The position numbers were made by a program, and so were the translations under genes. A DNA stretch of 64,000 nucleotides. Origin: Gammaproteobacteria bacterium (GTDB lineage Bacteria > Pseudomonadota > Gammaproteobacteria > Steroidobacterales > Steroidobacteraceae). Under the pieces are notes generated by a model. It was not told the DNA's origin. It searched no databases and was given only the letters and a program-made list of their open reading frames with translations. Positions 32,814-42,933 of this stretch are shown here, one piece after another. The stretch is taken from positions 324 to 64,323 of the forward strand of contig JBQTKF010000055.1 in the NCBI GenBank assembly GCA_052386355.1. Direction: 5' to 3'. Position 1 is the first letter of the stretch; each line of letters begins with the position of its first letter.

Positions 32814-34198
32814 GGCATCCTGGCTCCCCGGAGTTCCGGCAGCACGCGGACCGATTGCGCGACCTTCGCGAGATCGCCGGCGACGACCACCGTCATCTTT
32901 TCCGGGCGGATGAAGCCGGCCGCGATGCCGCTCACCTGCTGCGGCGTCACCGCGTGCACGCTGGCGACCCAACGCGACAGGAATTCCGCCGGCAGCCCGT
33001 GCAGATCCATGAATGCCAGTTGTCCGAGCACGCCGTTCGGCGTCGAGTTCGCGATCACGAACAGACCGGAGCGATAGGCCTTGATCGCGTCGAGTTCCAC
33101 CGCCGGTGGCGTCTCGGCCGAGAGCCGCGCGATCTCCCGGTAGATCTCCCGGAGCGCGTCCGCCGTGTGTTCGGTCGTCACTTCCGCCGACATCACCCAG
33201 AGTGCCGTACCGCGTCGCTGGTTGATCGAGGAGTCTGGCGAATAGCTGTAGCCCTTGTCCTCGCGGATGTTCGCGGTGATTCGCGAGCCGAACGCGCCGC
33301 CCAGCAGGCTGTTCATCAGCGTGGTCGGAAAGTACTGAGGGTGCGCGGCGTGCGGCACCGGCACGGCCATGCGGATCGAGGACTGCGGCGCGCCAGGCGT
33401 GTCGATCAGCGCGAGCTGCAGCGCTTCGGCCGGGGCCGTCGGCAGGACGGAAGGCGCGATGCCCTCGCGCCAGGCGCCGAACGAACGCGTGAGTGCGGCC
33501 TCGATCGCGGCGCGATCATAGCGCCCGGCAACGTAAACATGCGTCCGGCGCGCGCCGAAGTTGCGCTCGTGGAAAGCGCGCACCGAAGCGATGCCGTAGC
33601 CGCCGAGCTGCCCCGGCTCGGGAAGCGCGCGGCCGAACGGATGATCGCCGTAGACCAGCCGCGCCAGCGCCTCGCCCGCGAGCGACTGCGGGTCGGATCG
33701 CGCGATCGCGATCGAGCGCTCGAAATTCGCGACCACGCGGGGCAGTTCCGACTCGGGGAATGCGGGACGCTGCAGCACGTCCGCCACCAGTTCGATGGCG
33801 CCGACGGCGTGCTCGGACAGCACCGAGATCCTGACCGTCGTCTGCTCGGCGCCGGCGCCGACATTGAGCGAGCCGCCCATACCCGCCGCCGCCTCGGCGA
33901 TGGCTGCCGCGGAGCGCGTCGCCGTGCCTTCCTTCATCATCTCGACGGTCAGGTCCGCGAGCCAGGTGGACTCGCCGTCGTCGATATTGCCGGTGCGAAC
34001 CACTGCGAGCACGGTCACCTTGGGAACCGTGCCCCAGTCGACGAAAGTGAGGGCGAGCCCGTTGCCGAGTTCGCGCGTCTCGCGCGAAGGGAGGCGGAAG
34101 TCGCGCGGCTCGCCCGGGACCGGCGACGGCTCGCGCCCGTCCGCGAACGCCGGCGCGCAGGCGAGGCACGCGGCGGCGGCGGCGAGCAGCAGCTTCAT
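32810..34198 (-). CDS. M16-family peptidase-like protein, non-catalytic partner (no HxxEH), secreted
   Basis: 462 aa with signal peptide MKLLLAAAAACLACAPAFA. M16 fold, but WLADL occupies the HxxEH position. Confidence 0.8.
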   Translation of the reverse strand: MKLLLAAAAACLACAPAFADGREPSPVPGEPRDFRLPSRETRELGNGLALTFVDWGTVPKVTVLAVVRTGNIDDGESTWLADLTVEMMKEGTATRSAAAIAEAAAGMGGSLNVGAGAEQTTVRISVLSEHAVGAIELVADVLQRPAFPESELPRVVANFERSIAIARSDPQSLAGEALARLVYGDHPFGRALPEPGQLGGYGIASVRAFHERNFGARRTHVYVAGRYDRAAIEAALTRSFGAWREGIAPSVLPTAPAEALQLALIDTPGAPQSSIRMAVPVPHAAHPQYFPTTLMNSLLGGAFGSRITANIREDKGYSYSPDSSINQRRGTALWVMSAEVTTEHTADALREIYREIARLSAETPPAVELDAIKAYRSGLFVIANSTPNGVLGQLAFMDLHGLPAEFLSRWVASVHAVTPQQVSGIAAGFIRPEKMTVVVAGDLAKVAQSVRVLPELRGARMP

Positions 34199-35631
34199 GG
34201 CGCCGCTCCCGGCGCGGCCGCGCCGGGCTCGACCACCTGCACGGTACGGCGCGCGGGTGTCAGGTAGCGACGGGCGACCTCGCTCACCAGTTCGGGTGTG
34301 ACCCTGGCCAGCTCGGTCTCGATGCGGTTGACGCGCGCCGGGTCGTCGTCGAACAGCGCAAAGCAGGCGAAGAGGTCGAGGAGGCCGAAGCGCGTGCTGG
34401 AGCCGGCGAGGTCATAGAGCGCGGCGCGCGTCTTCGTCATCGCGCGCTGCATTTGCGCCAGCGTGGGCGGCGCCGCCTGGAGCCTTGCAATCTCGGCGTC
34501 GATGTCCGCGACGATCGCATCGGCCGCGACCGCGGGGTCGTGAACGAGGAAGACCATCCAGAGCATGGGGCCGTCGTAGGTGAACTCGTTGCCGAGCAGG
34601 TTGACGCCGCCGCCGACGGCGCCCGCGTAGCCGCGTTGCTGGACCAGGCGCTGCCACAGCAGGCTGTCCTCGCCCTGCAGCAGGATCTGGTCGAGCAGGC
34701 TGAAAGCCCAGTGTTCGGGCGTGCCGCGCTCGGGCACCTGCCAGGCGAGTGCGAGCGCGGGCCGCGGGGCGAGCCGGTCCGCATAAGCATGGCGCTTTTC
34801 CGCGCGCTGCTCGGGTTCGGACAGGTCGGGCAGCGGCGGGCGCGTGCGCGCCGGGATCGCGGCGAAGTGCTTGTCGATCCATCCGCGTGCGGCGGCGGCG
34901 TCGAAGTCGCCGGCGACCACCAGCACCGCGTTGTTGGGCGCGTAGTAGTTCTCGAAGAACTGGCGTGCGTCCTCCAGCGTCGCCGCGTCGAGGTCGACGA
35001 GGTCGCCGTAGAAATTGTGCGCGTTGTGCCAGTTCTCGTTAGCGACTTGCGGCAGCGTCAGCCAGGGGAAGCCGCCATAGGGCTGGTTCAGCACGTTGAC
35101 GCGCACCTCGTTCTTGACCACGCCCTGCTGGTTCGCGAGGTTCTCCTGCGTGATCGCGAGCGATTTCATGCGGTCGGCCTCGGCCCACAGCACGGTCTCC
35201 AGCACATGCGCCGGCATGATCTGGAAGTAGTTCGTGTAGTCGAAGGTGGTCGAACCGTTCACCACGCCGCCATTGCCCTCGACGAGCCGGATGAATTCCA
35301 TCTTCCCGAGGTTGGCCGAGCCCTGGAACATCAGGTGCTCGAACAGGTGCGCGAAGCCGGTGCGGCCCTTCGGCTCAATGCGGAATCCGATCCGGTAGTA
35401 GACGCCGACCGTCACGGTGGGCGCCGAGGCATCGCGCGACAGCACGACCCGCAGGCCATTGTCGAGCTTGTAGTACTCGACCGGGATGTTGATGCCCGGG
35501 GAAGCGCTCGCGGCTGCGCTCCCGGACTCGCCCGTGATCGGCTGCGCGACACATCCGCTGATTGCGATGGCGCCGATCAGCCCGATCCACGAGCGGACCG
35601 CGACCAGGCCGTGGGCGAGGCCGGCACTCAT
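34195..35631 (-). CDS. M16-family zinc metallopeptidase (pitrilysin/insulinase-like), predicted lipoprotein
   Basis: 478 aa from the ATG at 35631, with lipobox AISGC and the zinc motif HLFEH in GFAHLFEHLMFQGS. The track ORF's 198-aa N-terminal extension is rejected. Confidence 0.85.
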   Translation of the reverse strand: MSAGLAHGLVAVRSWIGLIGAIAISGCVAQPITGESGSAAASASPGINIPVEYYKLDNGLRVVLSRDASAPTVTVGVYYRIGFRIEPKGRTGFAHLFEHLMFQGSANLGKMEFIRLVEGNGGVVNGSTTFDYTNYFQIMPAHVLETVLWAEADRMKSLAITQENLANQQGVVKNEVRVNVLNQPYGGFPWLTLPQVANENWHNAHNFYGDLVDLDAATLEDARQFFENYYAPNNAVLVVAGDFDAAAARGWIDKHFAAIPARTRPPLPDLSEPEQRAEKRHAYADRLAPRPALALAWQVPERGTPEHWAFSLLDQILLQGEDSLLWQRLVQQRGYAGAVGGGVNLLGNEFTYDGPMLWMVFLVHDPAVAADAIVADIDAEIARLQAAPPTLAQMQRAMTKTRAALYDLAGSSTRFGLLDLFACFALFDDDPARVNRIETELARVTPELVSEVARRYLTPARRTVQVVEPGAAAPGAAP

Positions 35632-36395
35632 CGAGGCGCCATCCGGATGGCGCCGTCGAGGCGTATCGTCGTGCCGTTCATCATGGTGTTGGTGCAGATC
35701 GCGGCTACGAGTTCCGCGTATTCCTCCGGCCGGCCGAGACGCGGCGGGAAGGGGACCTGACTGGCGAGCGAATCCTGGGCCTCCTGCGGCAGTCCTGCCA
35801 TCATCGGCGTCTGGAAAATGCCCGGCGCGATGCCGACTACGCGGATGCCGAAGCGTGCCAGCTCGCGTGCGAGCGGCAGCACCATGCCCGCAACTGCGGC
35901 CTTCGAGGTCGCGTAGGCGACCTGCCCGACCTGCCCCTCGTAGGCGGCGACCGAGGCCGTATGGATCAGCAGGCCGCGGCCGCCATCCACATCGGGCGCA
36001 TTCGACTGCATCAGTGCGGCCGCGGCGCGATCCAGCAGGAAGGTGCCCTGCACGTTGATGTTCAGGACACGCTGGAAAGCGGCCAGCGCCAGCGGCCCGT
36101 CCTTGCCGAGGAGCTTGCCCGGCGTCGCGACGCCCGCGCAGGACACCGCCAGGTTGAGTCCGCCCATGCGGGCCGTGGCGTCCCGGACCGCGCCATCGAC
36201 GTCTGCCTCGTTCGTGACGTCGCAATGGCGATAGCTTGCGGAGGCGCCGAGCCGCGTCGCGGCCCTGACGCCCGCTTCGTCCTGCACGTCGAGCAGGGCC
36301 ACCCTGCCGCCGGCGGCGACGAGGCGCGCGGCTGTCGCGAGTCCGAGGCCCGAGGCGCCGCCGCTGACGATTGCGCGTACCTGTTCGAGTTTCAT
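35628..36395 (-). CDS. Short-chain dehydrogenase, HSD10-like 3-hydroxyacyl-CoA (3-hydroxy-2-methylbutyryl-CoA) dehydrogenase
   Basis: 255 aa from the ATG at 36395: MKLEQVRAIVSGGASGLGLATA..., catalytic YATSKAAV, and a C-terminus ...NGTTIRLDGAIRMAPR typical of type-2 HADH. Confidence 0.8.
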   Translation of the reverse strand: MKLEQVRAIVSGGASGLGLATAARLVAAGGRVALLDVQDEAGVRAATRLGASASYRHCDVTNEADVDGAVRDATARMGGLNLAVSCAGVATPGKLLGKDGPLALAAFQRVLNINVQGTFLLDRAAAALMQSNAPDVDGGRGLLIHTASVAAYEGQVGQVAYATSKAAVAGMVLPLARELARFGIRVVGIAPGIFQTPMMAGLPQEAQDSLASQVPFPPRLGRPEEYAELVAAICTNTMMNGTTIRLDGAIRMAPR

Positions 36396-36469
36396 GGCCT
36401 TGTTCCCGGCGCCCAGTTTACAGCCCCGCGCGCCGGCAGGCGCCGCGGGCTGCGACGGAAGCCGTGCCT

Positions 36470-37231
36470 TCAGAGACGAAGGCCGCCGTCGACTTCGATC
36501 ACGCGCCCGGTCACGAAATCGTTCTCGGCGATGAACACCGCCGTTTCCGCGATCTCGGCCGGCTGGCCGAGGCGGCGCAGCGGTACCGCGCCGGTGACGC
36601 GCGCGACGAGTTCCGGCTTCATCGCCGCCAGGATTTCGGTGGCGCAGAACCCGGGCGCAATCGCGGCGCTCCTGATGCCGTAGCGCGCGAGTTCCTTGGC
36701 CCAGACCACCGTCATGGCCGCGACGCCGGCCTTGGAGGCCGAGTAGTTGGTCTGGCCCACGTTGCCCTCGCGCGAGATCGAGGAGATGTTGAGGATCAGG
36801 CCGCCATTGCCGAGGCGGATCATGCGCTCCGCCGCCTCGCGGGCGCAGAGGAATACGCCGGTCAGGTTGACATCGACCACTGCTTGCCACTGCTCCCGCG
36901 ACATCCGGGAGACGACCGCGCCGTCCTTCACCTTGACGAGCAGCGCATCCCGGGTGATGCCCGCATTGTTGACGACGACGTCGAGGCGGCCGAGATCCGC
37001 GACCACGCGATCGAGCGTCGAGCTCACCTGTGATTCGTCGGAAACATCGCATTCATAGGCCAGGGCGCGCACGCCTTTCGCCTCGCATTGCGCGCAGGTC
37101 GTACGTGACTCATCGGTGTGAATGTCGAGCGCCGCGATTGAAGCGCCTTTCGCGGCGAAGGCGGCGGCGATCGCGCGCCCGAGGCCGCGCCCCGCGCCCG
37201 TGACGGCGACAACCTTGCTGGCAAGCTGCAT
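36470..37231 (-). CDS. SDR family oxidoreductase (FabG / acetoacetyl-CoA reductase-like)
   Basis: 253 aa with VTGAGRGLGRAIA, NNAG, YSASKAG and a C-terminal GRVIEVDGGLRL. Confidence 0.8.
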   Translation of the reverse strand: MQLASKVVAVTGAGRGLGRAIAAAFAAKGASIAALDIHTDESRTTCAQCEAKGVRALAYECDVSDESQVSSTLDRVVADLGRLDVVVNNAGITRDALLVKVKDGAVVSRMSREQWQAVVDVNLTGVFLCAREAAERMIRLGNGGLILNISSISREGNVGQTNYSASKAGVAAMTVVWAKELARYGIRSAAIAPGFCATEILAAMKPELVARVTGAVPLRRLGQPAEIAETAVFIAENDFVTGRVIEVDGGLRL

Positions 37232-37317
37232 GATTTCCCTTACTGCACCCGCGAACGAGGGCGCGGCAGACGCAATGGGTTCAGGACCTTAGCGGCTCTT
37301 GCGTCGCAACACAACTG

Positions 37318-39279
37318 TCACACGGGCTCGATGTCGAAGAGCACCGCTTCGGCCTCGACCTGTTCGCCCAGACGCGCCAGTACCTGGGCGACACGCCCCG
37401 CGCGGCCGGCGCGGATTGCATGCTGCATCTTCATGCCCTCGACCACCGCCAGCACGTCGCCACTGGACACCGCGTCCCCGGTCTGCACGCGCAGGTCCAC
37501 GACCCGGCCCGGCAGCGGGGAGGCCGGGTGCGCATCCGCGTCCTCGACGCCGCGCTCGTGCGGCCACGCGTGCGCCAGCGTGATTTCGTCGGCCCGCGTT
37601 CCCACCACCTGCAGGCGGGCGCCGTGGCGGATCAACTCGAGCTCGCAGGGACCGGCGCCGGCATCCACGCGGTAGCGACCGCCGCCTGCGTCGAGGACGC
37701 CGCCGGCCAGGCGCGCCGTCCCGGTGTCTGCCTCGATGCCACAGTCGACCCGGCGCGCGCGCAGCCGCAGGAAGGAGGGTGTGCGCAGTCCGATTGTCTG
37801 AAAGCTGCGACCCCCCAGGCGCCAGCCGTCCGCGCCCGACCAGGGCGAATCGGGGTCGGCGCCGCCGCGCCCTTCGAGCGCGAGCGAGGCCGCGAGCAGG
37901 AGCGCCTCGGGCGAGGGGTGCGATTCGCGCGTGAGCGCGGCGAGTTCGCGGTCCACGAACCCGGTGTCGACGTCGCCTGCGGCGAATTGCGGGTGGCGGG
38001 CGATGGCGCGCAGCAGCGGAAGATTCGTCGCGACGCCGAAGATCGCGCTGCGATCGAGCGCCTGCGAAAGCTGGGCCAGCGCCGCCCCGCGATCGGCGCC
38101 GCCCGCGATCACTTTCGCGATCATCGGATCGTAGTGCACGCTGACGGCGTCGCCATCCTCGATCCCTGAGTCCACGCGCCAGCCGTCGCCCTCCGCCGGG
38201 TGCACGAATCGCTCGACCGTGCCGACCGAGGGCAGGAATCCGCGTCGCGGGTCCTCGCTGTAGATGCGTGCCTCGATCGCGTGGCCGCTCTGCCGGAGAC
38301 TTTCCTGAGGACGCGGCAGGCGCTCGCCCGAGGCGATGCGAAGCTGCCATTCGACCAGGTCAAGGCCCGTCACGGCTTCGGTGACCGGGTGCTCGACCTG
38401 CAGCCGCGTGTTCATTTCCATGAAATAGAAGGAGCCGTCCGCGCCCACGATGAACTCGACCGTGCCGGCATTGACGTAGCCGACCGCGCGCGCGGCGCGT
38501 ACGGCAGCTTGGGTCATTGCCGCGCGCGTCGCCTCGTCGATGAAGGGCGAGGGCGACTCCTCGATGATTTTCTGGAAGCGGCGCTGCACCGAGCATTCGC
38601 GCTCGAACAGGTGCAGGCAGCCGCCGTACTGGTCGCCGAACACCTGCACCTCGATGTGGCGCGGCCGCTCGAGGAAGCGCTCGAGCATGAGCCGGCCGTC
38701 GCCGAAGGCGCTCTCCGCCTCGCCGCGCGCGCCTGCGACGGCTTCTGCGAGTTCTTCCGCGGCGCGCACGACGCGCATGCCCTTGCCGCCGCCTCCCGCG
38801 ACCGCCTTGACCAGCAGCGGAGAGCCGACGCGCTTCGCCTCGCGCGCGAGCCGCGCGGGCGACTGGTCCTCGCCCATGTACCCGGGCACGACCGGCACGC
38901 CCGCCGCAGAGACGATCGCCTTTGCCTCGTGCTTGAGGCCCATCGCGCGGATCGCGGCGGGTGTCGGGCCGACGAACACGATCCCGGCCGGCGCGCAGGC
39001 CTCGGCAAATGCCGCGTTCTCCGACAAGAAGCCATAACCCGGGTGGATCGCATCCGCCCGCGTCGCGCGTGCGGCCGCGACCACCGCCGCGATGTTCAGG
39101 TACGACTCCCTCGCGGGCGGAGGCCCGATGCAGAACGCCTCGTCGGCCAGGCGCACGTGCCGCGCATGCCGGTCGGCTTCCGAATGCACGGCGATCGCAT
39201 GCACGCCGAGACGGCGGCAGGTGCGGATGATGCGGCAGGCGATCTCGCCGCGGTTCGCGATCAGCAGGCGACGGATCAT
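37318..39279 (-). CDS. liuD: 3-methylcrotonyl-CoA carboxylase alpha subunit (biotin carboxylase + BCCP)
   Basis: 653 aa starting [20 protein letters not shown], with an ATP-grasp domain and the C-terminal biotinylation motif VEGMKMQH. Sits in the liu gene context. Confidence 0.9.
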   Translation of the reverse strand: MIRRLLIANRGEIACRIIRTCRRLGVHAIAVHSEADRHARHVRLADEAFCIGPPPARESYLNIAAVVAAARATRADAIHPGYGFLSENAAFAEACAPAGIVFVGPTPAAIRAMGLKHEAKAIVSAAGVPVVPGYMGEDQSPARLAREAKRVGSPLLVKAVAGGGGKGMRVVRAAEELAEAVAGARGEAESAFGDGRLMLERFLERPRHIEVQVFGDQYGGCLHLFERECSVQRRFQKIIEESPSPFIDEATRAAMTQAAVRAARAVGYVNAGTVEFIVGADGSFYFMEMNTRLQVEHPVTEAVTGLDLVEWQLRIASGERLPRPQESLRQSGHAIEARIYSEDPRRGFLPSVGTVERFVHPAEGDGWRVDSGIEDGDAVSVHYDPMIAKVIAGGADRGAALAQLSQALDRSAIFGVATNLPLLRAIARHPQFAAGDVDTGFVDRELAALTRESHPSPEALLLAASLALEGRGGADPDSPWSGADGWRLGGRSFQTIGLRTPSFLRLRARRVDCGIEADTGTARLAGGVLDAGGGRYRVDAGAGPCELELIRHGARLQVVGTRADEITLAHAWPHERGVEDADAHPASPLPGRVVDLRVQTGDAVSSGDVLAVVEGMKMQHAIRAGRAGRVAQVLARLGEQVEAEAVLFDIEPV

Positions 39280-40076
39280 GGTTCGTCGCGATTCCAGCCG
39301 GGCTTGCGCCGCTCCAGAAAGGCCGTGAGCCCCTCGCGCGCCTCGGCGCCCGCCCGCACGCGCGCGATCCAGGCCGCGGTATCCGCGAGCATCGCCGCAT
39401 CCGTCGCCTCGGTGCGCCCGGTGACGTGCCGGATCAGGCGCTTGATCTCGCGCTGGGCGGAAGGCCCGCCGGCGAGCAGCGTATCCAGGTGGCGCGCGGC
39501 GAGCGCCGCGACGCCCGGCGCATCCGCGACTTCATGCACCAGACCGATGTCCTGCGCCTGGCGCGCGCTCATCGCCTCGCCGCTCAGGAACCAGCGCCGC
39601 GCCTGCCGGGCCCCGATCGCCCGGATCACGAATGGCGAGATCATCGCGGGTACCAGGCCGAGCCGGACCTCGGAGAGTGCGAAACGCGCGCCCGGCGCCG
39701 CAAGCGCGATGTCGCAGCAGGCGACCAGGCCGACGGCGCCGCCCCTGGCGGCGCCGTTGACCACGGCGACCGTCGGCTGCGGCAGGCGCTCGAGCGCCTC
39801 CAGCATGCCCGCGAAGCGCCGCGCATCGGCCTCATTTTGCGCGGGCCCGGCCGCGCCGGCGGCGCGCATCTCGTGGATGTCGGCGCCGGCGCAGAACGCA
39901 TCTCCCGAGCCGGTCAGCACCACGGCGCGCACGGCGTCATCGCCGCCAAGGGCTGCGAATGCGTCCACGAGGCGGGTGACGAGTTCGCCCGACAAGGCAT
40001 TGCGCGAGTCGGGCCGGTCGAGCGTCAGCGTGACGACGCCGCGGGCATCGCGTTCGATGCGGAGCACTGGGGTCAC
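39276..40076 (-). CDS. liuC: Methylglutaconyl-CoA hydratase (crotonase family)
   Basis: 266-aa crotonase located between the two MCC subunit genes. GTGA and ATGA overlaps on either side. Confidence 0.85.
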   Translation of the reverse strand: MTPVLRIERDARGVVTLTLDRPDSRNALSGELVTRLVDAFAALGGDDAVRAVVLTGSGDAFCAGADIHEMRAAGAAGPAQNEADARRFAGMLEALERLPQPTVAVVNGAARGGAVGLVACCDIALAAPGARFALSEVRLGLVPAMISPFVIRAIGARQARRWFLSGEAMSARQAQDIGLVHEVADAPGVAALAARHLDTLLAGGPSAQREIKRLIRHVTGRTEATDAAMLADTAAWIARVRAGAEAREGLTAFLERRKPGWNRDEP

Positions 40077-41683
40077 ATCCTGAACACGCCGTAGGACTCG
40101 GCGGCAGGAGGCGGCCCGTTCGCGACCACTGCGAGCGCGAGCCCGAGCACGCGGCGCGTGTCGGCGGGATCGATTACGCCGTCATCCCACAGCCGCGCGC
40201 TGGCGTAGTAGGGATTGCCCTGGCGTTCGTACTGCTCGCGGATGCCGTCCATGAATGCCTTTTGCTCGGTCTCGGGCCAGGAACCGCCCTTTGCCTCGAC
40301 CCCGTCACGGCGCACGGTCGCCAGCACGCTCGCGGCCTGCTCGCCGCCCATCACCGAGATGCGTGCGTTCGGCCAGCTCCACAGGAAGCGGCCGCCGTAG
40401 GCGCGCCCGCACATCGCGTAATTGCCGGCGCCGAACGAGCCGCCGATCACGACCGTCAGCTTCGGCACGGTGGAGCAGGCGACCGCGGTCACCATCTTGG
40501 CGCCGTCCTTCGCGATGCCGCCGGCCTCGTAGCGCTTGCCGACCATGAATCCCGTGATGTTCTGCAGGAAGAGGAGCGGCACGCGGCGCCGGTTGGCCAG
40601 CTGCACGAAATGCGCACCCTTCAGCGCGGACTCCGAGAACAGGATGCCGTTGTTGGCGAGGATCGCGACCGGGTAGCCCCAGATGTTCGCGAAGCCGCAG
40701 ACGAGCGTCTTGCCGTAGACCGCCTTGAACTCGTGGAGCTCGGAACCGTCCACGACGCGCGCGATCACCTCGCGCACGTCGTAGGGCTGGCGCAGATCGC
40801 GCGGCACGAGTCCGTAGATCTGTTCGGCGGGATAGGCGGGTTCCGCCACCGCCTGCGGCGCGAGCCAGGGCTGCGGGCGATGATTGAGGCTGCCCACGAT
40901 CTCGCGGGCCATTGTCAGCGCATGCGTGTCGCTGTCCGCGAGGTGGTCCACGACGCCCGAGGTGCGCGCATGCACGTCGCCGCCGCCGAGCGTTTCGGCA
41001 TCGACGACTTCTCCGGTCGCGGCCTTCACCAGCGGCGGGCCGCCGAGAAAGATGGTGCCCTGGTGCTTCACGATGATGGACTCGTCGCACATCGCGGGCA
41101 CGTAGGCGCCGCCCGCGGTACAGGACCCCATCACGACCGCGACCTGCGGAATGCCGGCCGCCGAGAGTCGCGCCTGGTTGTAGAAGATGCGCCCGAAGTG
41201 CTCGCGGTCCGGAAACACCTCGTCCTGTAACGGCAGGAAAGCACCGCCCGAATCCACGAGGTACACGCAGGGCAGGCGGTTCTCGAGCGCGATCTCCTGC
41301 GCGCGCAGGAGCTTCTTCACCGTGACCGGGTAGTAGGTGCCGCCCTTGACCGTGGCGTCGTTCGCGACCACCACCACTTCCTTGCCGAGTACGCGGCCGA
41401 TGCCGGCCACGAGCCCTGCGCCGGGCGCTTCGTCGCCGTACATGCCGGAGGCCGCCAGCGGCGCGATCTCCAGATAAGGGCTGCCGGGGTCGAGCAGCGC
41501 CTCGATGCGGTCGCGCGGCAGCAGTTTTCCCCGCGCGACATGCCTGGCCCGCGCCTCTTCGCCGCCGCCGGTCGCGACGCGCGCCAGGCGGCTCTTCAGA
41601 TCCGCGACCAGGCCCGACAGGTACGCGGCATTTTCGCGGTACTCGGCGCTCCCGGCATCCACCCGCGAGGCGAGGCGCGTCAT
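40073..41683 (-). CDS. liuB: 3-methylcrotonyl-CoA carboxylase beta subunit (carboxyltransferase)
   Basis: 536 aa of the carboxyltransferase family (…[18 protein letters not shown]…; …GGAYVPAM…). ATGA overlap with the ivd stop. Confidence 0.9.
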   Translation of the reverse strand: MTRLASRVDAGSAEYRENAAYLSGLVADLKSRLARVATGGGEEARARHVARGKLLPRDRIEALLDPGSPYLEIAPLAASGMYGDEAPGAGLVAGIGRVLGKEVVVVANDATVKGGTYYPVTVKKLLRAQEIALENRLPCVYLVDSGGAFLPLQDEVFPDREHFGRIFYNQARLSAAGIPQVAVVMGSCTAGGAYVPAMCDESIIVKHQGTIFLGGPPLVKAATGEVVDAETLGGGDVHARTSGVVDHLADSDTHALTMAREIVGSLNHRPQPWLAPQAVAEPAYPAEQIYGLVPRDLRQPYDVREVIARVVDGSELHEFKAVYGKTLVCGFANIWGYPVAILANNGILFSESALKGAHFVQLANRRRVPLLFLQNITGFMVGKRYEAGGIAKDGAKMVTAVACSTVPKLTVVIGGSFGAGNYAMCGRAYGGRFLWSWPNARISVMGGEQAASVLATVRRDGVEAKGGSWPETEQKAFMDGIREQYERQGNPYYASARLWDDGVIDPADTRRVLGLALAVVANGPPPAAESYGVFRM

Positions 41684-42846
41684 GGCGAGGTCGCCCGGAA
41701 CAGTTCTCGCCCGATCAGCATGCGGCGGATCTCGTTGGTTCCTGCGCCGATCTCATAGAGCTTGGCGTCGCGCAGGATGCGCCCGGCCGGGTACTCGTTG
41801 ATGTAGCCATTGCCGCCCAGCGCCTGGATCGCCTCGAGACCGGCTTGGGTCGCGCGTTCGGACGCGACCAGCAGGCAGGCCGCGGCGTCGTAGCGCGTGG
41901 TCTTTCCGGCATCGCAGGCGCGCGCGACGGCGTAGGCATAGGCGCGCGAAGCATTGCAGGCGGAGTAGAGGTCGGCGAGCTTGGCCTGCATCAGCTGGAA
42001 GCTGCCGATCGGGCGGCCGAACTGCTCGCGGTCGTGCAGGTAGGGCACGACGAGATCGAGCGTCGCGCGCATCAGGCCGAGCGGGCCGCCGGTCAGCACC
42101 AGCCGCTCGTAGTCGAGGCCGGACATCAGGATCTCCGCGCCGCCGCCCTCGCGGCCCAGCAGGTTCTCCGCCGGCACGAAGCAGTTGTCGAACACGAGTT
42201 CGCTGGTGTCGGAACCGCGCATGCCGAACTTGTCGAGCTTCTGCGCCGAGCGGTAGCCTTTCATGCCGCGTTCCACGATGAAGGCCGTGATGCCGGGGGC
42301 GCCGCTGCCGGGCGCAAGCGTGGCGTAGATGATCGCGGTGTCGGCCTCGGGGCCATTCGTGATCCACATCTTGCTGCCGTTCAGCAGGAAGCCGCCGTCC
42401 TTGCGGTCGGCACGCGTGCGCATCGAGACCACGTCGGACCCGGAGCCCGGCTCGCTCATCGCGAGCGCACCGACGTCCTGGCCGCTGACCAGGCGGGGGA
42501 GGTAGCGCCGCTTCTGTGCGTCACTGCCGAAGCGCCGCAGCTGGTTCACGCACAGGTTGGAATGTGCGCCGTAGGAGAGGCCGATCGAGCCGGAGACGCG
42601 GCTGATCTCCTCCATCGCGACCAGGTGTTCGAGGTATCCGAATCCGACGCCGCCGTACTCCTCGGGCACCGTGATGCCGAGCAGGCCCATGGCGCCCAGC
42701 TCCGGCCACAGTTCGCGCGGGAAGCGGTTGCTGCGGTCGATCTCGTCGGCCTGCGGCGCGATACGTCGCAGCGCGAACTCGCGCACGGCGTGGCGCAACT
42801 CGTCCACGCGTTCGCCAAGCTGGAAATCGAAGTCGACCTGGAACAT
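41680..42846 (-). CDS. liuA: Isovaleryl-CoA dehydrogenase
   Basis: 388 aa from the ATG at 42846 ([24 protein letters not shown]...). Acyl-CoA dehydrogenase motifs ([12 protein letters not shown]; ...[13 protein letters not shown]...). The track ORF extension to 43758 is antisense to the GntR gene and is rejected. Confidence 0.9.
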   Translation of the reverse strand: MFQVDFDFQLGERVDELRHAVREFALRRIAPQADEIDRSNRFPRELWPELGAMGLLGITVPEEYGGVGFGYLEHLVAMEEISRVSGSIGLSYGAHSNLCVNQLRRFGSDAQKRRYLPRLVSGQDVGALAMSEPGSGSDVVSMRTRADRKDGGFLLNGSKMWITNGPEADTAIIYATLAPGSGAPGITAFIVERGMKGYRSAQKLDKFGMRGSDTSELVFDNCFVPAENLLGREGGGAEILMSGLDYERLVLTGGPLGLMRATLDLVVPYLHDREQFGRPIGSFQLMQAKLADLYSACNASRAYAYAVARACDAGKTTRYDAAACLLVASERATQAGLEAIQALGGNGYINEYPAGRILRDAKLYEIGAGTNEIRRMLIGRELFRATSP

Positions 42847-42868
42847 GCCGGACCCCTGCCGGGTGGCC

Positions 42869-42908
42869 TTGCACCTGGAATAGTATTGTCCGACAATCAG
42901 ACAGGCAA
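42869..42908. promoter_or_regulatory. Overlapping divergent sigma70 promoters plus a palindromic GntR/FadR-type operator (ATTGTC-C-GACAAT, 42885-42897)
   Basis: Plus strand: TTGCAC(42869-74)-N17-GACAAT(42892-97), reading toward the GntR gene. Minus strand: TTGCCT(42908-03)-N17-TACTAT(42885-80), reading toward ivd. The 6-1-6 palindrome spans both -10 regions and fits the GT-N-AC core typical of GntR-family sites. Confidence 0.55.
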
Positions 42909-42933
42909 GTCCATGTTCCTGAAAGGGTGACCC

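Noticed and set aside
34195-36225. Long N-terminal extensions proposed by the ORF track. Examples are the M16 peptidase (676 aa), the SDR at 35628-37052, ivd at 41680-43758, gpmA at 19191-20288, ETF-QO to 32972, paaG from 6942, paaZ from 11499, icmF from 44860 and tgt from 55060.
   Set aside because: The extensions overlap the upstream gene, are Arg/Pro/Gly-rich and lack homology-like sequence. Internal ATG/GTG starts give family-typical N-termini, usually with 4-nt start/stop overlaps or a short spacer.
36396-36469. GC-rich imperfect hairpin between the two SDR genes, considered as an internal terminator that would split the liu supercluster.
   Set aside because: The stem is interrupted (6 bp + 5 bp around an internal loop) and no T-run follows on the transcribed (minus) strand. 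It cannot be distinguished from generic GC-rich self-complementarity.
42876-42890. Sigma-54-like element (TGGAAT-N-TTGT) in the ivd/gntR intergenic region.
   Set aside because: The GG-to-GC spacing is one nucleotide short and the -12 element reads TTGT rather than TTGC. No enhancer-binding protein gene is nearby. Two good sigma70 promoters explain the region better.
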